A DNA stretch of 64,000 bases from Microcoleus sp. (GCA_052279835.1 CP181291.1:4320001-4384000); one strand, 5' to 3'. Shown: positions 22,496 to 36,001, counted from the stretch's first letter. Program-made: numbers and translations. Notes: generated from the sequence alone by a model not told the origin.

Positions 22496-25400
22496 ATGGC
22501 AATGGATAAGGGTATTGTTTTTCACAATCGCGTTGTGGATAAGGGCCGTCTTAAGAGGTTGATTTCTTGGTTTTTTACGCATCATGGTACGGCGCGGACG
22601 GCGCAGATGGCGGATAAGTTGAAGGATTTGGGTTTTCGGTTTGCGACTCGTGCGGGGGTTTCTATTAGTGTGGACGATTTGCAGGTGCCGCCTTCTAAGC
22701 GATCGCTCCTGGATGCTGCGGAGGAGGAGATTCGGATTACGGAGCAGCGGTATACTCGCGGGGAGATTACTGAGGTGGAGCGGTTCCAGAAGGTGATTGA
22801 TACTTGGAACAGTACCTCGGAGGATTTGAAGGATGAGGTGGTGAAGAATTTTCGGGCGACGGACCCGCTGAATTCGGTTTATATGATGGCTTTTTCTGGG
22901 GCGCGGGGGAATATTTCTCAGGTGCGGCAGTTGGTGGGGATGCGGGGGTTGATGGCGGACCCCCAGGGGGAGATTATTGATTTGCCGATTAAGACTAATT
23001 TCCGGGAGGGGCTGACGGTTACGGAGTATATTATTTCTTCTTATGGGGCTCGGAAGGGGTTGGTGGATACGGCTCTGCGGACGGCGGATTCTGGGTATTT
23101 GACTAGAAGGTTGGTGGATGTGTCTCAGGATGTGATTGTGCGGGAGGTGGACTGTGGCACGCAGCGGGGGATTCGGGTGCGTCCGATGATGGATGGGGCT
23201 ACGGTGTTGATTCCGCTGAGGGAGAGGCTGCTGGGCCGGGTGTTTGCGGCGGATGTGATTCATCCGACTACTGGGAAGGTTGTGGCTTTTGAGAATGAGC
23301 TGGCGGTGCGGAATCAGCCGATTACTGAGGAGTTGGCTTTGGAGATTGGTAAGTCTGGGGTGACGGAGGTGTTTTTGCGATCGCCTTTGACTTGCGAGGC
23401 TACTCGTTCGGTTTGTCAGCATTGTTATGGCTGGAGTTTGGCGCACTCGAAGATGGTGGATATGGGGGAGGCGATCGGGATTATTGCGGCTCAGTCTATT
23501 GGGGAACCGGGGACTCAGCTTACTATGCGGACTTTCCACACTGGGGGGGTCTTCACTGGGGAGGTTGCTAAGCAGGAACGGGCTCCTTTCCCTGGTGTGG
23601 TGAAGTTCAAGAATCTGCGGACTCGTGCTTTCCGTACTCGCCATGGGGAGGAAGCTCTGGTGGCGGAAAATAGTGGCAAGTTGATTTTGGAGGGGGAGGG
23701 TTTTGAGGAAGGAAAGTCTGGGGCGAAGAATCAGAGGCTGAAGATTGAGCTGGCGATCGCCCAGGGTTCGACGGTGATGGTGAAGGATGGACAGCGGGCT
23801 AAGGTTGGTCAGATTTTGGCGGAAGTCCCGATCGCGGGGCGGGCGGCGAAGAAGACTACGGAGAAGGTGACTACGGATGTGGCTTCGGATTTGGCTGGGG
23901 AGGCGAAGTTTGCGGATCTGATACCGGAAGAGAAGACAGACCGCCAGGGGAATACGACTCGGACTGCTAGTAAGGGGGGGTTGGTTTGGATTCTTTCTGG
24001 GGAGGTATATAATTTGCCTCCGGGGGCTGAGCCGGCGGTGAAGAATGGCGATCGGATTCTAGCCCACAGCGTGATTGCGGAGACTAAGTTGATTTCGGAA
24101 CATGGCGGGGTGGTGCGGATTGCTGATTCTAGGGAGATTGAGATTATTACGGCTCAGGTGTTGTTGGATCAGGCGGTGGTTCGGGCCCAGAGCATTGGGG
24201 GTCGGGAGCATTACATTATTGAGACGGCTTCTAATCAGCGTTTTTCTCTGAAGACTACTCCTGGCAGTAAGGTGATTAATGGGGAAGTGGTGGCGGAGTT
24301 GCTGGATGACAGCTATCGCACGGCGACTGGGGGTATTGTGAAATACGCCGGGGTGGAAGTGCACAAGCGTGGGAAGGCGAAGCTGGGCTATGAGGTGGTG
24401 AAGGGTGGTACTCTGCTGTGGATACCGGAGGAGTGCCATGAGGTGAATAAGGATATTTCTCTGCTGTTGGTGGAGGATGGGCAGTATGTGGAAGCTGGGA
24501 CTGAGGTGGTGAAGGATATTTTCTGCCAAACCAGTGGGGCTGTGGAGGTGACTCAGAAGAATGATATTTTGCGAGAAATTGTGATTAAGCCTGGGGAGTT
24601 GCACGCTGTCGATCGCCCTTTGTTGGCTCTGGGTGAGGGGCAAATTGTGAATGCGGGTCAGGAGGTTGTGCCTGGTTTGGTTGCTGGGGAGTTGGCCTAT
24701 GCGGAATATATCGAGACGCCGGAGGGTCCTGCGTTGTTGTTGCGGCCTGTGGTGGAGTTTCCGGTGCCCGATCGCCCTCCGGTGCCTTCTCAGACGGCGC
24801 TGAATGAATCTATTGCTCTGCGGGCGGTTCAACGGTTGCCCTATAAGGATGGGGAGCGGGTGAAGTCTGTGGATGGGTTGGAGTTGTTGCGGACTCAGTT
24901 GATTTTGGAGATTGGGACTGATGCTCCGCAGTTGGCGGCGGATATTGAGCTGTTGCCGGATGAGGTGGATGCTGTGGCTTTTGGGGCCGATGGTTCTGGT
25001 CCTGGGTGGCGGTTGGATGGGGCGGAGTCTGATGGGGCTCTGGCGATGCTGGAGGAGGATGGGGAAGGGCGATCGAAGCCGATGCGTCTCCAGTTGGTGA
25101 TTTTGGAGTCTTTGGCTTTGCGCCGGGATGTTTCGGCGGACCCAACCCAGGGGAGCACTCACACCAGGTTGTTGGTGGAGGATGGTCAAGAGATTGCGCC
25201 CGGTGCTGTGGTGGCCCGGACTGAGATTTTGTGTAAGGAGGCGGGGACTGTCCGGGGGATTCGGGAAAAGATTGGGGAGCCGGTGCGCCGACTTTTGGTG
25301 ATGCGGGATGTGGATGCGGTGACTGTTGATGTGGCTGGGGTTCCCCAGGTGAGTGCTGGGGAGTTGTTGGTGGCTGGGACTGAGGTGGCTCCTGGGATTT

Positions 25401-26626
25401 TTCTGCAAGAGTCTGGTCAGGTGATGAGGGTGATTCCGGCGGCGACGGAGGGGGGGTCTGCTCAGATTTTGTTGCGGATAGCGCGTCCCTATCGGGTTTC
25501 GGCTGGTGCGGTGCTCCATGTGGATGATGGGGATTTGGTGCAGCGGGGCGATAATCTGGTGATTTTGGTGTTTGAGCGGGCGAAGACGGGGGATATTATC
25601 CAGGGTTTGCCGCGGATTGAGGAGTTGCTGGAGGCTCGGAAGCCGAAGGAGGCTTGTATTTTGGCGAAGCGTCCTGGGGTGGCTCAGGTGGAGGCTGATG
25701 GGGATGTTGTGGAGTTGCGGGTGGTGGAGGATGATGGCCGCATTGAGGAGTATCCTTTGCTTCCTGGTCAGAATCCGATTGTTTCTGATGGGCAGCGGGT
25801 GGGTGCTGCGGAGGCGCTGACTGATGGGCCGGCGAATCCTCATGAGATTCTGGAGGTTTATTTCCAGGTGCTGAAGGAGCGGAAGCCGACTTTTGAGGCG
25901 GCTCTGGAGAGTTTCCAGCAGGTGCAGACTTTGTTGGTGAATGAGGTGCAGGCGGTTTATCAGTCTCAGGGGGTTGATATTTCTGATAAGCACATTGAGG
26001 TTATTGTCCGACAGATGACCAATAAGGTGCGGATGGAGGATGGGGGCGATACTACCATGCTTCCTGGGGAGCTGGTGGAGTTGCGGCAGGTGGAACAGGT
26101 GAATGAGGCGATGTCGATTACTGGTGGTGCGCCGGCGGATTATGTTCCTGTGTTGTTGGGTATCACTAAGGCTTCTTTGAATACTGATAGCTTTATTTCT
26201 GCTGCTTCTTTTCAGGAGACGACGCGGGTGTTGACGGAGGCTGCGATCGAGGGTAAGTCTGATTGGTTGCGGGGGCTGAAGGAGAACGTGATTATTGGGC
26301 GTTTGATTCCGGCTGGTACGGGGTTCAATGCGTATGAGGATCAGCTAAGTGCGGATATTTCGCTGGATGGTGGGGTGTTTGATGATGAGGATGTTCGGGG
26401 CTTGCCGGAGGGCGGGGTGCTGGACGATCGCTCGGCTCGTCGTGCTTATGCGATCGAGTCTGGGTTTGGTGTGGGTTCTGGTTCGGATGTTGAGGCGGAT
26501 GATGACTTTGAGGAGGAGGTTGAGATTGGGGATGATGATTTTGTGGCGGATGGGGATGATGATGCGATCGGGGCGATCGAGGATGATGACTTTGAGCTTG
26601 GGGATGACTACGACGATGAGGACTAA
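22496..26626 (+). CDS. rpoC2: RNA polymerase beta' subunit (cyanobacterial RpoC2)
   Basis: [24 protein letters not shown], large SI3 insertion, SFQETTRVL, acidic tail. Confidence 0.99.
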   Translation: MAMDKGIVFHNRVVDKGRLKRLISWFFTHHGTARTAQMADKLKDLGFRFATRAGVSISVDDLQVPPSKRSLLDAAEEEIRITEQRYTRGEITEVERFQKVIDTWNSTSEDLKDEVVKNFRATDPLNSVYMMAFSGARGNISQVRQLVGMRGLMADPQGEIIDLPIKTNFREGLTVTEYIISSYGARKGLVDTALRTADSGYLTRRLVDVSQDVIVREVDCGTQRGIRVRPMMDGATVLIPLRERLLGRVFAADVIHPTTGKVVAFENELAVRNQPITEELALEIGKSGVTEVFLRSPLTCEATRSVCQHCYGWSLAHSKMVDMGEAIGIIAAQSIGEPGTQLTMRTFHTGGVFTGEVAKQERAPFPGVVKFKNLRTRAFRTRHGEEALVAENSGKLILEGEGFEEGKSGAKNQRLKIELAIAQGSTVMVKDGQRAKVGQILAEVPIAGRAAKKTTEKVTTDVASDLAGEAKFADLIPEEKTDRQGNTTRTASKGGLVWILSGEVYNLPPGAEPAVKNGDRILAHSVIAETKLISEHGGVVRIADSREIEIITAQVLLDQAVVRAQSIGGREHYIIETASNQRFSLKTTPGSKVINGEVVAELLDDSYRTATGGIVKYAGVEVHKRGKAKLGYEVVKGGTLLWIPEECHEVNKDISLLLVEDGQYVEAGTEVVKDIFCQTSGAVEVTQKNDILREIVIKPGELHAVDRPLLALGEGQIVNAGQEVVPGLVAGELAYAEYIETPEGPALLLRPVVEFPVPDRPPVPSQTALNESIALRAVQRLPYKDGERVKSVDGLELLRTQLILEIGTDAPQLAADIELLPDEVDAVAFGADGSGPGWRLDGAESDGALAMLEEDGEGRSKPMRLQLVILESLALRRDVSADPTQGSTHTRLLVEDGQEIAPGAVVARTEILCKEAGTVRGIREKIGEPVRRLLVMRDVDAVTVDVAGVPQVSAGELLVAGTEVAPGIFLQESGQVMRVIPAATEGGSAQILLRIARPYRVSAGAVLHVDDGDLVQRGDNLVILVFERAKTGDIIQGLPRIEELLEARKPKEACILAKRPGVAQVEADGDVVELRVVEDDGRIEEYPLLPGQNPIVSDGQRVGAAEALTDGPANPHEILEVYFQVLKERKPTFEAALESFQQVQTLLVNEVQAVYQSQGVDISDKHIEVIVRQMTNKVRMEDGGDTTMLPGELVELRQVEQVNEAMSITGGAPADYVPVLLGITKASLNTDSFISAASFQETTRVLTEAAIEGKSDWLRGLKENVIIGRLIPAGTGFNAYEDQLSADISLDGGVFDDEDVRGLPEGGVLDDRSARRAYAIESGFGVGSGSDVEADDDFEEEVEIGDDDFVADGDDDAIGAIEDDDFELGDDYDDED

Positions 26627-26678
26627 TGTGGTTGCCTAGTTATTTTCTTTTTCAAAAGCGACATACGTGTCGTTTTTG
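26450..26678 (+). repeat. Direct repeat copy 1: rpoC2 3' end plus terminator (229 bp)
   Basis: Matches 28116-28311 except for a 33-bp indel and a few substitutions. Confidence 0.95.
26653..26678 (+). terminator. rpoC2 intrinsic terminator
   Basis: AAAAGCGACA-TACG-TGTCGTTTTT. Confidence 0.7.
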
Positions 26679-26799
26679 GGAAAAGAACAGGAAGCGCAAC
26701 CCGATCGCCCACAAGCATCCAAAGCCCCCCCGAACTCGCGGGGGGGTTGGGGGGGTGGCTATTAACTTTCTCGAAAACTTGCAAACACAAAGGCATCCT

Positions 26800-27877
<1,078 letters not shown>

Positions 27878-28115
27878 GAGAAAGTAAGTCTGCAACTTGC
27901 AGACTTTTCTCTACCATCTCCCTACTCATTATTCAAAGCTCAGTAGTAGTTAAAACTCTTGTGTTGATTGAGGCGATCGGGATAATGAAAAATATTCCCG
28001 TCGCTTGACTACAATTAAAATATTTCCGGTTTTAAAGAACCCTTACACAGCAAGAAATAGAGCCATTCTGTCACAGCTTCAAATGTGTAGCAACAGAACA
28101 ATGACCCTAGTGAAG

Positions 28116-28311
28116 GCGATCGAGTCTGGGTTTGGTGTGGGTTCTGGTTCGGATGTTGGGGCGGATGATGATTTTGTGGCGGATGGGGATGATGATGCGA
28201 TCGGGGCGATCGAGGATGATGACTTCGAGCTTGGGGATGACTACGACGATGAGGACTAATGTGGTTGCCTAGTTATTTTCTTTTTCAAAAGCGACACGTA
28301 TGTCGCTTTTG
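28116..28311 (+). repeat. Direct repeat copy 2: rpoC2 3' end plus terminator (196 bp)
   Basis: Encodes [24 protein letters not shown]...DDYDDED*; starts at GCGATCG. Confidence 0.95.
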
Positions 28312-28343
28312 AGTTTGTCCAGTGATGCGGTGGACAAGATACA

Positions 28344-28790
28344 ATGTCCAGTGGACAAACCTCGCCAACTTCAAAAATGACTGAACTCCATGCCGTGTCG
28401 GGCTTGCAGCATCGTTACGAACTCGCAAGCAGACAAGCTGTTTACGATCGCCTCGCTGCTCTCAAAATTAAACCAATCAGTCGCGGCAAATTGTCCACTG
28501 AGCAACTGGACAAGATGGACGCGCTGGACAAGTGGCTGAAAGCCAATCCTGGTGGTTCGATCGCAGACTTTCCTCGATCGGGTGAGGTCGTTGGCGATGA
28601 GTCGTCAGTTGTTAGCCATCCGATCGCGGGCAGCAGTTTGTCTGGTGGCGCGGTGGACAAATTCGACAATTTCTCTGAAACTCTTGCGTTGATTGAGGCA
28701 ATTGCTGAACACATCAGTAAAACTCGCGATCCGCTTCAACATTACGCGGCTCTCGAAAGGGCGATCGCTAATTTCTCCATCCCAAAGTGA
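28344..28790 (+). CDS. Hypothetical protein, possibly HTH DNA-binding; C-terminus may be truncated
   Basis: LQHRYELASRQAVYDRLAALKIKP is HTH-like; the ORF ends shortly after a HIP1 site at 28761. Confidence 0.45.
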   Translation: MSSGQTSPTSKMTELHAVSGLQHRYELASRQAVYDRLAALKIKPISRGKLSTEQLDKMDALDKWLKANPGGSIADFPRSGEVVGDESSVVSHPIAGSSLSGGAVDKFDNFSETLALIEAIAEHISKTRDPLQHYAALERAIANFSIPK

Positions 28791-29228
28791 GGCCATTTCA
28801 ACTTGAGTTTTATCCCCACGAGTCTTTGCAAACTGTACCGTTTTGGTATGGGTCGTGCGATCGGGTAAACAGCACAATATATCAGGAACTTCTTCCACTT
28901 TACACTATAACCGCCTTGGCGCTTGCTATACGATCGCCAAAAATAAAAGCGATCGCGCTATCTGATAAGATTTTTAGCGATCGCCTAACAATCAATATAT
29001 ATGCTGACTGCTATACAAATACTAGACTTGTCTAGACATTTGCTTCTTGCTTCATCGGGAGCATGGGAGCAGCTATCCCTGGGCAAGCTTTCACGGTTTA
29101 GCCAACCGCGATAAATTAATGGCTCACCCTCTCTGGTAAATAAAGGGGTTTTTTTTAACCCGGACTTGCTGTTGCCCTTTTCCTTTGCTTGTTGCCCTCT
29201 TTGCTTGAGGTATTTTTGTTGGTTGTGG

Positions 29229-29627
29229 CTACTCCTGGGGCAGGAGTGCTTTGATTTTGTCAACAAATAGCTGATGGTCTACTACTGGCTTGGATATATA
29301 GCCATCTGCACCACTCTGATCCAGAAAAGTCTCTCTATCTCCTGCCATGGCATGAGCCGTCACTAGGATAATTGGCAGGGAAGCAGTTTGTGGGTCTGCC
29401 TTTAGCAGTTGGGTGATTTTGATGCCATCAACAGCTTTTCCTTGGTACACGCTACGTGAAAGGGACACATCCATCAAAATCAAGTCTGCTTCGCCTTTGG
29501 AAGCAATTTGCATCACCTCCTCGACATTTTCTGTGTGTTTTACAGCCAAGCCCCCCCGCTTGGTTAAAATTTTAGAGAAGACTCTAGCATTGACTAAATC
29601 GTCCTCTACAATCAGAACGGTTTTCAT
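29229..29627 (-). CDS. Single-domain response regulator (DivK-like)
   Basis: VLIVEDD, LILMDVSL, TAHAM, YISKP. Confidence 0.9.
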   Translation of the reverse strand: MKTVLIVEDDLVNARVFSKILTKRGGLAVKHTENVEEVMQIASKGEADLILMDVSLSRSVYQGKAVDGIKITQLLKADPQTASLPIILVTAHAMAGDRETFLDQSGADGYISKPVVDHQLFVDKIKALLPQE

Positions 29628-30884
29628 AAAAGTATTCGGTAAGTGAAAAGCTCAGTATCCTGAGACGGGAGCAGAAAATACCCTTTGGGGCCCCTCAGCC
29701 TCCTCGAAAGTTCGATCGGGCAACGCTACTTTTGGGGCATCATTACGCGAACGGGTATCGCGCCAGTGGTTTTGAAAAAAAAAGCCACTGTGAATCTTTT
29801 TTTTGTCGGTTAGACAATTTCCCATAATTGTTGTGAAGTAGACATCCAGCCCGTTGTTTGCAGGCTTTTGAGGAAACATCCACCTTCACAGAATCTGTTG
29901 GGCAAGGGCGTGCTTTTTTTGCCCCACTTGCGATGGGTAAATTTCACACACTCCTGAGCTCATCGCAGATTCTTTCTCCCACTCCACAGCCCGCCGGCGA
30001 TCGCACTACGGTTTGCTAGCTCGTTAGAGGCTCCTCGTTGGCTAATGCTGGACGGGACTTGGTTACTTGAGTTTTGCGATCGGAAAGCAATGTTGTTTAA
30101 ATAGTTTCAAAACTTTTCAATTGCAAGGGACAGAGGGGGGAAGTAGCGTCACTTTCCCTTTTTGTCTAGGCTCAAGTAGTTCCTCTTTTTAGCAAGGGGT
30201 CTGGTCGGTTTTGCTTGTGGGAGTTTTTGTCTATCAAGTTCAGTCTTTTTAGGGCTTGGTTGCAGGTCAGTAATTATGGGAAGTTGAGCATCTTCGTGGT
30301 TTTAGTCCAAAGAGGAACAAGGCACGGGGGTTTTTTCCCCGTCAAATCGTGCAGCGTTTTTAGTGCCATAGGCCGGGAACTCTGCAAAACCCGTATTTGA
30401 TAAGTGTTGGTTTGCTACTTGCTCTTAGAATCAAGTAATGTTTAGTCCTGCTGGTATCACTGATGTTGGTATACTAACCAATCAGTTTTACACCAGCATG
30501 GTTGCATTAGTTGTTGACTTGTGTTTTAGGTTTGGCAGATAGGCTGAATAAATGCAGGGGTACTAAAAAATTTTAGCCGAGGCAGTCTGTGCAAAAGCGA
30601 ACTCAAAGAAATTGTTTTCACATATCGTGTAAATAAAAAGGTAGGCGCCATTGAAGGCAACATAGAGGTTAGGGTAAGAGTGGAGGGTAAAAAGCAAGTG
30701 TTGCCAGTCTTCGGCAGTCTTATTCTTTTTTCATAAGTTAAGTTGATTTTTATCCCCCTGATTGGTAGCTTTGTCTAACTTTCAGTTCCAAGAGCGACAA
30801 ACAGTTTTCACGCTTAGATAGGCAACCATTACGAGCCCCTTGACTCTTGCCCTAGCACTCAGGAATTAACGGACATAAGGACTC

Positions 30885-33437
30885 ATGGCTAAACAACTCA
30901 ACCTACTTTCCGGGCAAGTAATTTCTACGGCTTTGCACGCCGAGATGCAGCAATCGTACCTTGAATATGCCATGAGTGTGATCGTCGGGCGAGCTTTGCC
31001 TGATGTCCGCGACGGTTTAAAACCCGTTCACCGCCGAATTTTGTACGCGATGCACGAACTCGGTCTGACGCCAGACCGCCCCTACCGCAAGTGTGCCAGA
31101 GTAGTGGGAGATGTTTTGGGAAAATATCACCCCCACGGCGACCAATCGGTTTACGACGCTTTGGTGCGTATGGTTCAAGAGTTTTCGAGTCGCTATCCTT
31201 TACTGGCGGGTCACGGCAATTTTGGTTCGGTGGACAACGATCCGGCTGCTGCCATGCGCTACACCGAAACCAGACTGGCTTCGATCGCTCATGAAGCCAT
31301 GCTAACTCAGGTCGGTGATGCCACTGTTGATTTTACTGCTAATTTTGACAGTTCGCAGCAGGAACCTACGGTTTTGCCTGCCCAGTTGCCTTTTTTACTT
31401 CTCAATGGCTGTACTGGCATTGCTGTGGGGATGGCAACTAATATTCCCCCACACAATCTGGGCGAGGTGGTGGACGGTTTAATTGCATTGACTGAAAACC
31501 CGGAACTCTCAGATCAAAAGTTGCTGGAACTAATTCCTGGACCGGATTTCCCGACTGGTGGGGAAATTATTGCCACAGAGGGCATTATTGATGCCTACAC
31601 TAAGGGGCGAGGCAGTATTGCGGTCAGGGGTGTGGTTCGGGTGGAGGAAGTGCCTGGTAATCGCAAAATACGCACTAAAACGGCGCTGGTGGTGACGGAG
31701 TTTCCTTTTCAGGTGAATAAGGCGGCTTGGATTGAAAAGGTGGCGGATTTGGTAAATGCTGGCCGACTTGATGGGATTGCTGATTTGCGGGACGAAAGCG
31801 ATCGCGAGGGTATTCGAGTTGTGGTCGAACTTAAGCGCGAATCTAACCCAGAAGCAGTTCTAGCTCGTCTTTACCAACAAACTGACTTGCAAACTAATTT
31901 TGGGGCGATTTTGCTGGCAATTGTCAACGGTCAACCCCGACAGTTAACTCTCAGACAATTGTTGCAAGAATTTTTGCATTTTCGGGAACTGACTCTCACC
32001 CGTCGCTACAATTACGAGTTGGAGGTGGCCCAACGCCGCTGTCACATTGTCCAAGGCTTAATGTTGGCTTTGACAAATCTTGATGTGGCGATCGATATTC
32101 TCCGAAATGCTCCCGATGGCACCACTGCTAAAGCCAATTTCCAAGTTCGCCTTAATTTGACCGAAAGTCAAGCTGATGCGATTTTGTCGATGCCGATGCG
32201 TCGGCTGACTGGCTTGGAAAGGCAAAATTTGCAGTCTGAGTTGGATGAATTGATGGTAAAAATTCAAGAATTGCAGCGGCTTTTGGGCGACAGACATGAA
32301 CTTTTGAAGGCTTTGAAGAAAGAATTCCGATCGCTCAAACGTAAGCATACAGACCCGCGCCGTACTAAATTGATTAATGGTCCGGCACCTGCTGCTAACA
32401 GCGAACAAAAAGGTTCTGGCAAGCAAAAATCCCCACTCCCGTCTGACACAGAATTAACTGCGCCTCCTACCCTATTTCCGTTGCCCCAGGCCGAGGAAAC
32501 TATTGTTGAGTTTACTCACAAACATTACGTGCGGCGGCTGCCAACGGGCGATCGATCCCGTCCTAAAAGTCGAGAAAAGTCGCTTCAAGCTTTAGAAAAA
32601 AATGAAGATTTTATTGTCACGGCCACCCCAACTAAAACCGATCGCAATTTAGTCATCTTAACTCCCAGTGGTAAGGCTTATCCCCTAAAAGTGTCTGATA
32701 TTCCCACTAGCACCGGGCGCGATCGAGGTACCCCCATCGTCAGTTTACTTTCGCCATCGGCTACCAAAGAAAGTGCCGGTCGCACTTTGTCGGAACTCAC
32801 AGTCGCACACTTTATGTTGCCGGAAAATTCGGAAGCGACGGACTTAGTAACCCTGACGGAGCAAGGTAAAATTAAGCGTCTACCACTTTCAGAATTTGCG
32901 GATTTGACTAATCGCGGTGTGACTCTTGTTAAGCTCAAGGAGGACGATCGACTGCGCTGGGCTAGTCTTACTAAAGTCGGCGAACAAGTCGCCATCGCCA
33001 CCAGCGGAGGCAGAGTCCTCCGGTTTGAAGTCAATGACGAACAACTGCCACCTATGGGCCGCGCAGCCCAGGGTTCTCAAGCCACGCGCCTGCGAAAACA
33101 AGAAAATTTGGTGGGTTGCGTGACTCTCGACCCCGATGACAGTCTGGTACTATTTTCGGAGTTGGGTTGGGCTAAACGGATGCCCGCCGGTTCTGTCCGA
33201 CTGACTAACCGCGGTGAAATCGGCACCCAAGCTTTTCGTTTCGCAGAACCTAAAGATACTTTGGTTGGCTTGCTGCGGTTTGTTCCTGGTAGTGATGTCA
33301 AACTTTTAACTAATACTGGCCGATTTGTGCGATCGGCTACTGATGCTATTGCTTTTTGGGGCAAGGATGCTCCAGGCGAGAGAGTTTTTGACCTCAATCC
33401 GGGAGAGAAAATTATCAAAGTTATTAGTTGTCAGTAG
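30885..33437 (+). CDS. DNA gyrase/topoisomerase IV subunit A paralog
   Basis: [25 protein letters not shown]-terminal beta-pinwheel repeats; no canonical GyrA box recognised. Confidence 0.92.
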   Translation: MAKQLNLLSGQVISTALHAEMQQSYLEYAMSVIVGRALPDVRDGLKPVHRRILYAMHELGLTPDRPYRKCARVVGDVLGKYHPHGDQSVYDALVRMVQEFSSRYPLLAGHGNFGSVDNDPAAAMRYTETRLASIAHEAMLTQVGDATVDFTANFDSSQQEPTVLPAQLPFLLLNGCTGIAVGMATNIPPHNLGEVVDGLIALTENPELSDQKLLELIPGPDFPTGGEIIATEGIIDAYTKGRGSIAVRGVVRVEEVPGNRKIRTKTALVVTEFPFQVNKAAWIEKVADLVNAGRLDGIADLRDESDREGIRVVVELKRESNPEAVLARLYQQTDLQTNFGAILLAIVNGQPRQLTLRQLLQEFLHFRELTLTRRYNYELEVAQRRCHIVQGLMLALTNLDVAIDILRNAPDGTTAKANFQVRLNLTESQADAILSMPMRRLTGLERQNLQSELDELMVKIQELQRLLGDRHELLKALKKEFRSLKRKHTDPRRTKLINGPAPAANSEQKGSGKQKSPLPSDTELTAPPTLFPLPQAEETIVEFTHKHYVRRLPTGDRSRPKSREKSLQALEKNEDFIVTATPTKTDRNLVILTPSGKAYPLKVSDIPTSTGRDRGTPIVSLLSPSATKESAGRTLSELTVAHFMLPENSEATDLVTLTEQGKIKRLPLSEFADLTNRGVTLVKLKEDDRLRWASLTKVGEQVAIATSGGRVLRFEVNDEQLPPMGRAAQGSQATRLRKQENLVGCVTLDPDDSLVLFSELGWAKRMPAGSVRLTNRGEIGTQAFRFAEPKDTLVGLLRFVPGSDVKLLTNTGRFVRSATDAIAFWGKDAPGERVFDLNPGEKIIKVISCQ

Positions 33438-33680
33438 AAGGAATAAGGAATAAGGAATAAGGAAGAAGTCACCCCCCCCTGCCCCCCCCAAGGGGGGAAG
33501 GAAGAAGGAAGAGAATTCCCAATTCGCGATTCCCAATTCCCAATTCCCAATTCCCGATTCCCAATTCCCAATTCCCAATTCCCGATTCCCAATTCCCAAT
33601 TCCCCAATTCCCAATTCCCAATTCCCAATTCCCAATTCCCAATTCCCGATTCCCAATTCGCAATTCCCAATTCCCAATTT
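33437..33680. repeat. STRR block: AAGGAAT units, a CCCCCC/GGGGGG hairpin element, then about 23 ATTCCCA heptamers
   Basis: Seen directly. Confidence 0.9.
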
Positions 33681-33692
33681 GAAAATAGTTCA

Positions 33693-35042
33693 ATGGCTAA
33701 AGTTGTACTAGAAAATATCTACAAAAGCTTTCCACTCCGCCAAGGAGAGCAGGACAAAGAGGCAAATTCTACAGAAAATATCTCACCAGATAGCCCTCCA
33801 TCGAGGTCTAACAGCGTTTTGCGGCGCATTAACCTCACTGTCGAAGATGGGGAATTTATGGTGTTAGTGGGGCCTTCTGGCTGCGGAAAAAGCACTTTGC
33901 TCCGATCGCTCGCTGGTTTGGAAACTGTGACTGCTGGTAATATCTGGGTAGGCGATCGGCTCCTTAACGATTTGCCACCTAAAGACCGAAATATCGCCAT
34001 GGTCTTTCAAAATTATGCTCTCTATCCTCACTTAACTGTTTACGATAATCTCGCTTTTGGATTGCGGCGATCGGAAAGGGAGAAGAAGTCATTAGTCCTT
34101 AGTCAGCAGTCCCTAGGCAGAAGGAAAAATAAAGAAGAGATTACTGATAAAATTGAAAATTGGTTGATTACTAATATTAAAAATTATCAAATTCAGCCTT
34201 TAGTCGAAGATTTGTTAGTAGGAATTACTCGCAATTTACCAAAGGGTTTACGCTATTTTTCGGAACGGGAAAAAACAGTGGGGAAACGAGTAACTAAAGT
34301 TGCTCAATTGCTGCAAATAGAACCTTTGTTAAATCGTTTACCCAAACAACTTTCGGGAGGACAAAAACAGCGGGTAGCTTTGGGTAGGGCTATGGCTAGA
34401 AATCCTGAAGTTTTTTTAATGGATGAACCCCTTTCTAATCTGGACGCTAAATTAAGGGGGGAAACTCGATCGCAAATTGTGCAGTTGCAGCGACAATTGG
34501 GAACTACAACTATTTATGTGACTCACGACCAAACTGAGGCGATGACTATGGGCGATCGCATTGCGATTATGAATCTTGGTCAACTTCAGCAAGTAGATGT
34601 ACCTCTACAGCTTTATAATAAACCTGCTAACTTGTTTGTCGCTGAGTTTATTGGTTCTCCGCCGATGAATTTTTTACCGGTGCAATTTACTGCCCCGTTA
34701 TTAATTTCTCACCCTCATTTTCGCTTTACTTTACCTGATATTTGGGCAAAAAGTTTACAAAAGTATGACGGTAAATCTCTCATTTTGGGAATTCGGCCAG
34801 AACATTTGACCATTCACCCTCCTGCTACTAAAAATCTTTCGGTTCAAGTAGATATTGTGGAAGCTTTGGGATACGAAACCTATTTGCGCGTTAGTCTCAC
34901 CGATGCACCAGCCCTTTGCTTGCAAGTACGTGTTCCTCCTGAGCGATCGATCCGTGTGGGCGAGGAGTTGTGGCTGGCGATCGCCCATGATAAAATTCAC
35001 CTTTTTGACCCGGAGACCGAATTGGCGATATTTCCCCGTTAG
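33693..35042 (+). CDS. Sugar ABC transporter ATP-binding protein (MalK/MsmX family)
   Basis: [41 protein letters not shown]-like C-terminus. Confidence 0.92.
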   Translation: MAKVVLENIYKSFPLRQGEQDKEANSTENISPDSPPSRSNSVLRRINLTVEDGEFMVLVGPSGCGKSTLLRSLAGLETVTAGNIWVGDRLLNDLPPKDRNIAMVFQNYALYPHLTVYDNLAFGLRRSEREKKSLVLSQQSLGRRKNKEEITDKIENWLITNIKNYQIQPLVEDLLVGITRNLPKGLRYFSEREKTVGKRVTKVAQLLQIEPLLNRLPKQLSGGQKQRVALGRAMARNPEVFLMDEPLSNLDAKLRGETRSQIVQLQRQLGTTTIYVTHDQTEAMTMGDRIAIMNLGQLQQVDVPLQLYNKPANLFVAEFIGSPPMNFLPVQFTAPLLISHPHFRFTLPDIWAKSLQKYDGKSLILGIRPEHLTIHPPATKNLSVQVDIVEALGYETYLRVSLTDAPALCLQVRVPPERSIRVGEELWLAIAHDKIHLFDPETELAIFPR

Positions 35043-35106
35043 CGATCGCCAAGTCTTACCTTCTGTTTCATAAGCTTGCACTTTATGCAAGCACCTGTTA
35101 TTTTTA

Positions 35107-35132
35107 TTTACATAAGCCTTACAAAACTTAAT
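35107..35132 (+). promoter_or_regulatory. HLR1-like direct repeat (possible RpaB site) upstream of hli
   Basis: TTACA at 35108 and 35119 (11-bp period; canonical is 10); hli genes are known RpaB targets. Confidence 0.35.
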
Positions 35133-35148
35133 GAAAAAAGTTCATACC

Positions 35149-35301
35149 ATGCAACAACAAAAACGTAACGCTTGGAACTGGGGCTTTAGCGAAGGAGCAG
35201 AAAATTGGAACGGTCGTCTGGCGATGATTGGTTTCTCTGCTGCGGTCATCATCGAATTGGTTTCTGGTGAAGGATTGCTCCACTTCTGGGGTTTAATTTG
35301 A
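35149..35301 (+). CDS. High-light-inducible protein (Hli/SCP), 50 aa; below the ORF-track cutoff
   Basis: MQQQKRNAWNWGFSEGAENWNGRLAMIGFSAAVIIELVSGEGLLHFWGLI*, with ExxNGRLAM motif. Confidence 0.92.
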   Translation: MQQQKRNAWNWGFSEGAENWNGRLAMIGFSAAVIIELVSGEGLLHFWGLI

Positions 35302-36001
35302 CATTCTCACCGGGCTGAAGCCACGGTGATTCTAAACATCACTGTTTAGGCTTCCTCTTTCGGCGATCCGACTTATTTAAAAGAGTTTCCTCATTCAAAC
35401 TCTTGTCGATATCTCCAGAGGCGTTTGAGGTTCCCGTGTGCCCCACGGTACGCAATCCAAGTTCTAATATGTTGCGAGCGGCGTTCCAATCTCGGTCTAA
35501 AACGAATCCACAATGTGGACAAATATGTGTTCTTTGACTTAATGACTTTTGCGCCACTTTCCCACAACTAGAACAATTTTGACTTGTATAGTGTGGCGGT
35601 ACTGCAACAGTTGCCACCCCAAACACTTTGCCAAAATATTCAATCCAATTTCTAAAAGCTGTCCAAGCCGCATCTGATATCGACTTGGATAGCTTTTTGT
35701 TTTTGACCATGTTACGCACCTGCAAGTCTTCATAGGCTACCAAGTCGTTGGACTGGACTACGCACCTTGCTAATTTCACAGCAAAGTCTTTACGCCGCCT
35801 GCTTACCTTGAGGTGTTTTCTACTTAAACGATTTCGAGCCTTAGCTCTATTTTTAGAACCTTTCTGCGTTCTAGAAAGTCTACGATTAAGCTTTTTTAAC
35901 GATCTTTCGGACTTTCTTAGATGGCGCGGGTTCTCTACGGTATTACCGTCAGAGTCCGTGTAGAAATGAGTTAGCCCTACATCCAAACTGACTCTGGGCA
36001 A
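35298..36001 (-). mobile_element. tnpB: 5'-truncated IS200/IS605 element: tnpB C-terminal half plus intact right end
   Basis: RuvC LDVG, AYEDL and RDWN, Zn finger CSSC/CPHC; right end GAATCACCGTGGCTTCAGCCCGGTGAGAATGTCAA. Confidence 0.88.

Noticed and set aside
20273..25993. Long antisense ORFs (448, 387 and 644 aa) opposite rpoC1/rpoC2
   Set aside because: Shadows of the G/T third-position bias, which removes antisense stops; low-complexity H/P/L/Q/R composition.
33306..33693. ORFs rich in GIGNWEL
   Set aside because: Translations of the ATTCCCA heptamer repeat; the same applies to the LLPSA-type ORFs at 13370-13636.
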